From the NCBI GenBank assembly GCA_026392275.1, contig JAPLCM010000114.1:779-64778 (forward strand): a stretch of 64,000 nt of DNA, written 5' to 3'. The notes beneath the pieces are model-generated. The model did no database searches. It saw nothing but the letters and a program-made list of their open reading frames with translations, and had not been told where the DNA came from. Numbering within the stretch: position 1 is the first letter of the stretch; every line of letters begins with the position of its first letter. This stretch comes from Actinomycetota bacterium. Its GTDB lineage: Bacteria > Actinomycetota > Thermoleophilia > UBA2241. The position numbers were made by a program, and so were the translations under genes. Positions 9,000-16,743 of this stretch are shown one piece after another.

Positions 9000-10853
9000 T
9001 TGCCGTTGCCGATTCAGTATACGTGGAAGGCACGCGTTCGCGCGGGGCCGGGTGACCGGGGGAGGGAGCGTCGAACCGGTCGGGCACGGTGGATCAAGAT
9101 CAATCGGAGGTGGGTCGAGAAGGGCAAGGCGCCGGTCATCATCATCGTGCTGGTGGCGTTGCTGCTCGCCGTCGGGCTCGCCGCGTGCGGCAGTTCCGAC
9201 GCGGGCGGCTCAAGCGCCTCGCCTGAGCCATCGGCCAGCGGCAGCCCCTCGCCGGCGGCCGCATCGCAGACCGTCAAGGTCAACTCGGCGCTGGTGCCGG
9301 CGGTCGTCGATCTCAAGGTCGGTGACAAGCTGCGGGTCATCCTGCACAGCAACAGCGCCAGCACCGGCTACGTGTGGACGGCCGAGGGTATGGAGCAGAA
9401 AGCTGTCCTCGACCAGATCGGCAAGCCGGTGAACATGGCCGCCGATAGCACTCTGGCGGGCGCCCCCGGCAAGACGGCGTTCACCTTTCAGGCTATGGAG
9501 AAAGGCACCGAGCAGCTCGGCTTCTGGTACGCACGACCGTCAGATAAGGGCGACCCGGGCGCGGCCTACGCGCTCATCGTCAAGGTCGGCAAAGGCCACG
9601 TGCCGGTCGAGGTGAAGGCCGGCGAGGAGTACACCGCCGAGACCGCCCAGATCCGTACCGGCGACACCTTGCAGGTCGTCATCAAGCACGCCTCCTCTCA
9701 GGGCAAGGCTTCGTGGCAGCTCGCCAGCTCCACGGCCCCTGTCAAGCTCGTGGGCGGTCAGAAGTACTCGTCGTCCGGCGACGGCACGATGACCATGGAC
9801 TTCGTCGGCACCGGCACCGGCACCGGCACCCTCGTGCTCGTGAACCGCCCGTCGGGCGACCCGCCCCTTCAGACCTACGCGCTGCCGGTATACGTCAAGC
9901 CGGTCAAGCAACCGATCACCGTCCAGGTCAACATGCACGATGCCGACGAGACCTTCGTGGCCACGGCCGGCGACACCGTTCAGCTGACGCTGCCGGCGCA
10001 GCCCTCAACGGGCTACACGTGGGTCATCAAAAAGCCCGCGCCCGCCGTGCTCAAGCAGGTCGGCAAACCCAAGTTCACGGCGAACAACGAGACCATGGGC
10101 GCCAAAGGCAAGATGCTGTGGACGTTCAACGTGGTGGGGCCCGGCAAGACCCCGGTGAGCGCCGCTCTCGAAGGCCCCGATGCGGGGTCGACAGGGCCCG
10201 CCAAGACGTTCGCTTTCACCGTGAAGGCCAAGCCGGGCTTCAAGCCCAACGTGGTCGAGGCCGTGGACTCCTACCCGGCGCCGACCGCCTTCGTCAAGCC
10301 CGGTGACCAGATCAAGCTCACGCTCGACGCCAAGGCCGGCACCTGGGTCCCCCAGGGCACGAGCGGCCAGCTGACCCAGACGAAGCCGGTGGTCAGCGGC
10401 GGCAAAGCCGTCGTGACCTATACGGCCAAGAGCCAGGGCAGCACAACGCAGCTGCTCGTCGCCGATGCCTCGGGCAACTGGCCGAACCAGGCCCACGCGT
10501 TTTCGGCCGTTGTCGGCAAGGGCAGCCTGCCCAAGACCGTGATCGCCGCCGAGCGTCGCGTGGCCAAGACCGTACCGCTCGCGGTCGGCGAGACGCTCAA
10601 TGTCGAGCTGCCCGGCAACCCGAGCACCGGGTACACCTGGGCTGTCTCCCCGCTGGCGGCCGACGGCGTGCTCGAGCAGGTCGGCGATATCGCCTTCACT
10701 GCGAGCACCGATCTGATGGGCGCTCCCGGCGTGTTCGTGGCGCAGTTCAAAGGCGTCGGCGCCGGGTCTGTGCCGCTCATCATGCTGTACCAGGGCCCCG
10801 GCAGCTCGCCGGTGATCGACGGTATCTGGATGACGATGGTCAGCGTCCAGTAG
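9000..10853 (+). CDS. lipoprotein with five tandem chagasin-like (peptidase inhibitor I42) modules
   Basis: TM/signal region with lipobox LAAC (Cys63). Three modules carry the STGY[VT]W signature (aa 121, 336, 542) plus a downstream GAPG/GAKG loop. Two intervening modules of the same size lack it. The start is uncertain (TTG 9000 is the only in-frame start before the signal peptide). Confidence 0.8.
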   Translation: MPLPIQYTWKARVRAGPGDRGRERRTGRARWIKINRRWVEKGKAPVIIIVLVALLLAVGLAACGSSDAGGSSASPEPSASGSPSPAAASQTVKVNSALVPAVVDLKVGDKLRVILHSNSASTGYVWTAEGMEQKAVLDQIGKPVNMAADSTLAGAPGKTAFTFQAMEKGTEQLGFWYARPSDKGDPGAAYALIVKVGKGHVPVEVKAGEEYTAETAQIRTGDTLQVVIKHASSQGKASWQLASSTAPVKLVGGQKYSSSGDGTMTMDFVGTGTGTGTLVLVNRPSGDPPLQTYALPVYVKPVKQPITVQVNMHDADETFVATAGDTVQLTLPAQPSTGYTWVIKKPAPAVLKQVGKPKFTANNETMGAKGKMLWTFNVVGPGKTPVSAALEGPDAGSTGPAKTFAFTVKAKPGFKPNVVEAVDSYPAPTAFVKPGDQIKLTLDAKAGTWVPQGTSGQLTQTKPVVSGGKAVVTYTAKSQGSTTQLLVADASGNWPNQAHAFSAVVGKGSLPKTVIAAERRVAKTVPLAVGETLNVELPGNPSTGYTWAVSPLAADGVLEQVGDIAFTASTDLMGAPGVFVAQFKGVGAGSVPLIMLYQGPGSSPVIDGIWMTMVSVQ

Positions 10854-10882
10854 AGGACGAAGGACGACACACGACGTGTGCG

Positions 10883-10914
10883 GCGGGGCGGCCGGCGGGA
10901 GCCGGCCGCCCCGC
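10883..10914. terminator. bidirectional GC hairpin between convergent genes
   Basis: 14-bp perfect stem GCGGGGCGGCCGGC / GCCGGCCGCCCCGC with loop GGGA. There is no clear U-tract. Confidence 0.55.
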
Positions 10915-11037
10915 CCGCGTGCCCTGGTCAGGCGTCTGCGACTCGTACACCGCCGACAGGCGGTCGTTGCCGACCAACGAGCCGATCACCGCCCGCGTCT
11001 TCGTGCGGTCGACTCCGCGGCCTGCCGCGGCATGTGC

Positions 11038-11865
11038 TCAGTTGAGCCCGAAGCGCTGCAGGTCGTCTTCGTCGGCGCCGAAGTAGTGCGCCGTCTCGTG
11101 CAGCACGGTAATACGGATCTGCTCGGCGAGGTCGTCCTCGTCGACGGCTTCGCGCTCGAGGTTGCGCTGGAAGAGGTGGATGAGCCCCGTCTCCGGGCCG
11201 GCGCCGAGTACCGACTGGTCGGGCATGGCGATGCCGTGAAAGAGACCCAGGGTGCGTGGGTCGAGGCCCTCCAGGACCAGTGCCTCGGAGGGCCGGTCCT
11301 CGACGAAGATCGGCACGTTCTGCAGATGCGCGAGGATCTCCTCGGGCAACTCGTCGAGGGCGGCCATGGCGACCTTCTCAAAGCGCCTGGCGCTCATCAG
11401 CGGCTCGGGGTCTTCGTTGGCCGCGTCCAGGCGCAGCACCGCCAGCCACTCCTTCACGGTGCCCTTGCGGTCGCCCTTCTCGTCGCAGGCGAGGCCGAGG
11501 ACATGACGGGCGTCGGCTTCGTCGAGCGGGTCGAGCTCAAAGTCGGCGAGCAGCTCACGCAGCAGGCGTGCGGCCTCGCCAGCCTCGTCGTAGTCGAGGT
11601 AGACCTCGGCTGAACCCAGCCATGGCTCGGGGTCGTCAGGCGCTGCTTCGTTCCAGCGGCGGTAGGCGTCGAGCGCCGCCTCCGGCTCTTCTCGGGCCAA
11701 GGCGAGGCCTGCCTCCAGCTCGAAGACGGCAGGTTCGTCCGCGGCGGCGGCGCGAGCGGCCGCCAGCCCCCGCGCGGCCGCCCTCAGGTCGCCGTCATCG
11801 AGGGCGTCCCAGGCGACGTCGAGGAGCCGCTGAGTCTCGGGGTCGAGTTGTGCGTCGTCGTCCAC
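11038..11865 (-). CDS. TPR-like N-terminal domain fused to a minimal zincin-like metallopeptidase
   Basis: The C-terminal ITVLHETAHYFGADEDDLQRFGLN contains HExxH and is typical of the small 'metallopeptidase family protein' (zincin-like). The N-terminus is Ala-rich and helical-repeat. Confidence 0.75.
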   Translation of the reverse strand: MDDDAQLDPETQRLLDVAWDALDDGDLRAAARGLAAARAAAADEPAVFELEAGLALAREEPEAALDAYRRWNEAAPDDPEPWLGSAEVYLDYDEAGEAARLLRELLADFELDPLDEADARHVLGLACDEKGDRKGTVKEWLAVLRLDAANEDPEPLMSARRFEKVAMAALDELPEEILAHLQNVPIFVEDRPSEALVLEGLDPRTLGLFHGIAMPDQSVLGAGPETGLIHLFQRNLEREAVDEDDLAEQIRITVLHETAHYFGADEDDLQRFGLN

Positions 11866-11927
11866 GCTTCACACTATACCCGCGCCGCTCGCGACACGCG
11901 CCCCCGCCGTCCGGGGAGCGGTACCTC

Positions 11928-12143
11928 GTGCTCGAAGACGGAGATGTGGTGCGGGCGCCTGAGGAGACGTGGCTTGCAGAGCCGAGCGACGAGGTCGTCA
12001 CCTTGCTCGCGAAGGCGCTTGCCGACGCACGCCTGGGCGGCTCCGGCTGGCTGGCCGACGGCGGCGACGAACTCGAACGCGTGCCCGATCGCCGCGGGGA
12101 GCGTCGCCCCCACGAGGGCTCGGAGCGCCGCAGCCTCAGCTGA
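11928..12143 (+). CDS. small acidic protein with a C-terminal VPDRRGERR...SERR motif (hypothetical)
   Basis: 71 codons from GTG 11928. It is the tail of track ORF 11256-12143 that lies outside the antisense metallopeptidase gene. Third-position GC is high (about 59 of 71 codons) and the composition is normal (D/E/L/A-rich), unlike shadow ORFs. GGGGAG lies upstream. Confidence 0.45.
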   Translation: MLEDGDVVRAPEETWLAEPSDEVVTLLAKALADARLGGSGWLADGGDELERVPDRRGERRPHEGSERRSLS

Positions 12144-12190
12144 CCGGCGAGCGCCGCGGCGGGTGCCGTGTGGCCGCCGCCGCGGCGCTC

Positions 12191-12199
12191 TGGTATAAG
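12191..12199 (+). promoter_or_regulatory. extended -10 element candidate (TGgTATAAG)
   Basis: TG-n-TATAAG lies about 40 nt upstream of GTG 12237 of the giant activase gene. The -35 is weak (TGGCCG). Confidence 0.3.
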
Positions 12200-12236
12200 C
12201 AGAGGCGTGAACCACCCCTCGGGTAGTCCCCCGTCA

Positions 12237-15200
12237 GTGAACGAGGCCGGCACGGCGCGCCTGGGCGCGCAGGCCTCCGGCCTCGGCCACCTCTTCCTCG
12301 GCGTCGATCTGGGCAAGGTGACGACGTGCCTCGCCGTCGGCGAGCTCTCGGCCGACGGCGAGCTCCACGTGGTGGAGACGCGTGCCGAGCGTCATCTCGG
12401 CGATCCACTGGGCCCATTCATCGATCTGTACGTCAGCCTCGACATCAACCGGCTGGCAGGGGTCGCCGCGACGGGAGTGTACGGCGAGCGCCTCGGCGCG
12501 CCGGCTCTCGGTGGCCTGCCTGAGGAGATCGCGCAGGAGGCCGCCGCCGACTGGCTGTACCCGGACGGGCCGCTCAACATCGTCCGCGTCGGCGGCGGCG
12601 GCTACTCCGTGCTCACCCGCGACGCTGAGGGCCGGGCAAGCTACGAAGCCAACGAGCGCTGCTCGGCCGGCACCGGCGAGACGGTAGAGGGGCTGTGCTC
12701 GCGGCTCGGCCGGTCGCTGGCCGAAGCGGTGGTGTTGGCGGAGCAGAGCCCCGACGGCGTCACCGTCACGAGCCGCTGCGCCGTGTTCGCCAAGAGTGAG
12801 CTCACCCACTTCGCCAACCAGGGTGAGCCGCACGGACGCATCTTTCGCGGCTTGTTCGCGGGTGTGGCGCGCAACGTGCACAGCCTGTACGACAAGAGCA
12901 AGGTCGACGGCCCCGTCGTGCTCGTCGGCCACGGGGCGCTGGTCGCGCCGATCGCGGAGGGCATCGCCGGCCTGAGCGCGGCGCCGGTGACGGTCGCCGA
13001 GCAGGCCGGTGTGTTTGAAGCCCTGGGAGCGCTGGCGTTCGCCGCCCGCGGCGGAACTGCCGTGGGCGGCGCGCCCGGGGCCCGGCGCCGCGGCCGCGTT
13101 GACGTGCCGGCGTTCCCGGCCGATCCGCGCGCTCTCGTGTGTCCCTCCCGGAGCCGCGTGGGGCGCATGTCGCCGGCGAAGGACGGGCCGGGAGCGGTCG
13201 TGCGGCTCGAGGACATGCGCGGCGTCACGCCGGAACCCGGCGCGCCGGTCGTGCTCGGTCTCGACCTGGGATCCACCGGCTCGAAGGCCGCTCTCTATGA
13301 CCTTGCGGCGGGGACCGTGCTCGTCAGCGTGTACCGGCGCACCGAAGGCAACCCGGTGGAGGCGGCGCAGGCGCTGGCTGCGGAGGTCGGCGAGATGCTG
13401 CCCAACCCGGTGGTCGCCGTGGGCATCACCGGGTCGGGACGGGACGCAGCCGCAGCTGTGTTCCGGGCCGCGTACCCAGACCTCGGCGCGCGGCTCACCG
13501 TCCACAACGAGATCGTCGCGCACGCGACTGCCGCCGTGCGGCTCGACCCGGGCGGCGGCCGCAGCATCTCCATCGTCGAGATCGGCGGCCAGGACGCCAA
13601 GTTCATCAACGTCGAGGGTGGGCGCGTCGTCGACGCCGACATGAACCGCGTGTGCAGCGCCGGCACGGGCTCCTTTCTCGAAGAGCAAGCGCTGGCTCAC
13701 GGCGTCGACGACATCGTCGAGTTCGGGCGGCTGGCGGGGCGCAGCGAGGGGCCGCCCGATCTCGGCCAGACCTGCACCGTGTTCGTCACCGACGTCGCCG
13801 CGGAGGCGCTCAGCGACGGATTCTCCCGCGAGGACATTTTCGCCGGCCTGCACTACTCCGTGGTGCGCAATTTCCGCAGCCGGGTGATGGGCCAGCGGCG
13901 GCTGCTCGAGCAGGTGTTCTTCCAGGGCAAACCGGCCAGCGATCCGGCGCTGGCGCGCACGCTGGCCGCCGTCTTGGAACGCGACGTCTACGTGCCGGCC
14001 GACCCCGGCGCCATGGGCGCCGTGGGCATCGCCATGCTGGCCGCCGGGGCGCTCGCCGGCCACGAGGACGCCGGGCCCCGGGCGATCGACCTCGCGCGCG
14101 TGCTCGGTGCGCGAGTGGCTGGCCGCCGTGAGATCCAGTGCCGGGACCGCGACTGCCTCAACGCCTGTCGTCTCGAGCTCGCCGAGGTCGACATCCTCGG
14201 CGAGCGGCGCAAGGTCGTCAGCGGCGGGCAGTGCCCCAAGCACGACGACGTCTCCAGCTCCGGAGAGAAGCTGCCCAAGGATGCTCCCAACCCTTATCGC
14301 GAGCGCGAGGACCTGCTGCTGGAGCTGCTCGCCGAGGAGCCCGTCGCCACGCCGGCGGTCGCCCTCACCGTGGGCCTGCCCTACGTCCACTACCTCATCG
14401 ATACCATGCCCTTCTTTCACACGTTTCTGCGCAGGCTGGGGTACGACGTCGACGTGCTGCGCCCGGGTCCAGATACGCTGGCCGAGGGCGACCGGCGCTG
14501 CGCCGCCCCCGGGGCCTGCGCCCCGGTCAAGCTCCTGCACGGTCTTGCAGGCGCCGGCGTGGACGTGCTCGTGGCGCCTCTCTTCGTGCATCTGCCCGTA
14601 CCCAACGCCGGCGACGTGACCTACACCTGCCCCATGGCGCAGGGCGCGCCGGACATGACGGCGCGCGCTCTGGCCGCCGAAGGATCGCCGACCCGCGTGC
14701 TGCGCCCCGTCCTGTTCGAGAGAGAAGGCGACGGCTTTGACTCACCGCGGGCGCGGCGGGCGTTGCAGCGCGCGGCCGAGGCGCTCGCGGAGGCCGCCGG
14801 CGGAGCCGGCGGCCCTTCGTCCGAGCGCTTCCGCGCCGCCTACACCGCCGCCCTGGCCGCCCAGAGCCGCTTCGAGGAAGGGCTGCGGGGCATCGGCGAG
14901 CGTGCCCTCGCCTGGGCGCATGCGCACGACTACCCGGTGGTGCTCATCGTCGGCGAGACCCACGTGATCCACGACGCCGTGCTGGACGCGGGCATCCACG
15001 AGCTCGCGGCCGCGAACGGCGCGCTCGCGCTTCCCGTGGACTGCTATCCGGTGCCCGACGATCTGCCCGGGCTCGGCCGGGTGCACTGGGCGAGCGCCGG
15101 CCAGACGCTGCGCGCCACCGCGGCAGGCGCCATGGCCGGCGACGTGTTCCCCTTGCTCCTCGGGGCTTACGGCTGCGGCCCTAACTCCATGATCGAGCAC

Positions 15201-16616
15201 CTGTTCGCCGACCTCGTCGAGGAGTGGCCGCACGCTGTGCTCGAGAGCGACGGTCACGGCGGCAAGGCGGGCTACGTGACCCGTGTGCAGGCCTTCCTGC
15301 ACAGCGTGCGCATGTGGCGCGCGGACGGCGGGGGCGCGCTGCCCGCCTCGCGGCTGGCGCGCTTCGATCGCCCGCTGCCGCGCAGCCTCGACGAGGGCTA
15401 CGACCGGTTCTTCTTCGGCCACCTGGGCGGCGGCCTCAGCAGGCACCTGGCCGCGGCGATGCGCGGCGCCGGCTACGACGCCACGTTCGTCGGCGAGCCC
15501 GACGCCGCGGCGCTACGCGCCGCGGGTGCGTCCTGCTCGGGCAAGGAGTGCCTGCCCTATCAGCTCATCTGGGGCAGCTTCGCCAGGTTCCTCGAAGACG
15601 AGGCGCCGCGGCTGGCCGGCCGGCGCGCCTTGTTCCTGAGCGCCGGCAACGGCTTTCAGGCGTGCCGCGCCAACCTCTTCCCCTTTACCGAACAGCTCGC
15701 CCTGGAGAGGCTCGGGCTCGGCGACAGCGTGGAGGTCGGCGACTTCAGTCTGGTGACCGCCAACGTGCGCATGATGCCGGTGACATGGAGCGCCCTGGTG
15801 GCCGTGGACCTGCTCAACATGATGCGCTTCTACCACCTCGCCACCGAAGGCGAACGCGGCGCCTCGGACCTGTTGTTCGCCGAGTTCTCGGACCGCCTGG
15901 AAGCGATGCTGGAGAGGCCGCGGTCCGACGCCGGACTGGCCGGCAACGTGGCGGCGGCGTTCGGCTTCTGCAGCGAGGTCGAGGCGCTGCTCGCGGAGGC
16001 CGCCAGGCGCTTCCGCGAGCAACCGGTCAACGACTCGCGTGCCGCCGACCTGCGGGACGTGTACCTCTGCGGCGACCTCTACCTGCGCGTCGACGAGTGG
16101 GGCAACGACGACCTGCAGCGCAAGCTTGCAGATCACGGTCTGCGTCCCATCTTCGAGCCCTACGGCGCGTTCGTCGAGTTGCTGCAGCAGCGTCAGATCC
16201 AGGACGGCGTGCAGCTTCGCGACCTGCCCGAGAAGGAGGCGACGCTGCGCACCATGCGGTACGTCGTCCGTCGGCTGCTCCGGCCCGTGCGCGCCGAGCA
16301 CCCGTGGGCCTTCTGGCACGACCTGCGCGACGTCGACCGCGAGAGCCGGCGTCTCGTCGCGCCGTATCCCTTCGGCGAGACGATACCCGCCGTCGGCGGC
16401 GCCCTGCTCAGCTGGCGCACGCAGCCGGTCGACGGCGTGGTCGCGGTGGCGCCGCGAGGGTGCGGGCCGGCCTTGGTCGCCGAAGCACAGCTTCGCCGCG
16501 AGGCGGGCCTCCCGGCCCTGTTCGTCTACAACGACGGCGACCCCATCGACGAAGCGCGCATCGCCGGGTTCGCCTGGCGCCTGCGCTCTCGCCCGGCGCG
16601 GCGCCTTGGCGCCTGA
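12237..16616 (+). CDS. fused double BcrAD/BadFG/HgdC-type ATPase ('CoA-substrate-specific enzyme activase') plus DUF2229-type C-terminal half
   Basis: Two ASKHA activase modules: LGVDLGKVTT...NERCSAGTGETVE...SRCAVFAKSE, and LGLDLGSTGSKAAL...NRVCSAGTGSFLE...QTCTVFVTD. About 800 aa of Cys-rich C-terminal region follow (CRDRDCLNAC, GAYGCGPNS, GKECLPYQ, PRGCGP), as in the ~1400-aa activase-related fusions. Start placed at GTG 12237, just before the first phosphate-binding loop. Confidence 0.85.
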   Translation: MNEAGTARLGAQASGLGHLFLGVDLGKVTTCLAVGELSADGELHVVETRAERHLGDPLGPFIDLYVSLDINRLAGVAATGVYGERLGAPALGGLPEEIAQEAAADWLYPDGPLNIVRVGGGGYSVLTRDAEGRASYEANERCSAGTGETVEGLCSRLGRSLAEAVVLAEQSPDGVTVTSRCAVFAKSELTHFANQGEPHGRIFRGLFAGVARNVHSLYDKSKVDGPVVLVGHGALVAPIAEGIAGLSAAPVTVAEQAGVFEALGALAFAARGGTAVGGAPGARRRGRVDVPAFPADPRALVCPSRSRVGRMSPAKDGPGAVVRLEDMRGVTPEPGAPVVLGLDLGSTGSKAALYDLAAGTVLVSVYRRTEGNPVEAAQALAAEVGEMLPNPVVAVGITGSGRDAAAAVFRAAYPDLGARLTVHNEIVAHATAAVRLDPGGGRSISIVEIGGQDAKFINVEGGRVVDADMNRVCSAGTGSFLEEQALAHGVDDIVEFGRLAGRSEGPPDLGQTCTVFVTDVAAEALSDGFSREDIFAGLHYSVVRNFRSRVMGQRRLLEQVFFQGKPASDPALARTLAAVLERDVYVPADPGAMGAVGIAMLAAGALAGHEDAGPRAIDLARVLGARVAGRREIQCRDRDCLNACRLELAEVDILGERRKVVSGGQCPKHDDVSSSGEKLPKDAPNPYREREDLLLELLAEEPVATPAVALTVGLPYVHYLIDTMPFFHTFLRRLGYDVDVLRPGPDTLAEGDRRCAAPGACAPVKLLHGLAGAGVDVLVAPLFVHLPVPNAGDVTYTCPMAQGAPDMTARALAAEGSPTRVLRPVLFEREGDGFDSPRARRALQRAAEALAEAAGGAGGPSSERFRAAYTAALAAQSRFEEGLRGIGERALAWAHAHDYPVVLIVGETHVIHDAVLDAGIHELAAANGALALPVDCYPVPDDLPGLGRVHWASAGQTLRATAAGAMAGDVFPLLLGAYGCGPNSMIEHLFADLVEEWPHAVLESDGHGGKAGYVTRVQAFLHSVRMWRADGGGALPASRLARFDRPLPRSLDEGYDRFFFGHLGGGLSRHLAAAMRGAGYDATFVGEPDAAALRAAGASCSGKECLPYQLIWGSFARFLEDEAPRLAGRRALFLSAGNGFQACRANLFPFTEQLALERLGLGDSVEVGDFSLVTANVRMMPVTWSALVAVDLLNMMRFYHLATEGERGASDLLFAEFSDRLEAMLERPRSDAGLAGNVAAAFGFCSEVEALLAEAARRFREQPVNDSRAADLRDVYLCGDLYLRVDEWGNDDLQRKLADHGLRPIFEPYGAFVELLQQRQIQDGVQLRDLPEKEATLRTMRYVVRRLLRPVRAEHPWAFWHDLRDVDRESRRLVAPYPFGETIPAVGGALLSWRTQPVDGVVAVAPRGCGPALVAEAQLRREAGLPALFVYNDGDPIDEARIAGFAWRLRSRPARRLGA

Positions 16617-16743
16617 CCAGCGGGCACCGCGTCAGTCGTTGAAGATCACGCTTTCCGGCGCGGGAGTCATGCTTTCCGCCGTCTCGGCCTTGCGGTGGAA
16701 GAAACCCGGCCGAACGATCCGCTCTGATAGACTCGCGGCGCCG

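Noticed and set aside
16039-16743. N-terminal 235-aa extension of the MttB-family ORF in the track.
   Set aside because: It overlaps the 3' end of the giant activase gene in another frame and is Arg/Ser/Cys/Thr-rich nonsense. MttB-family similarity begins right after Met at 16744.
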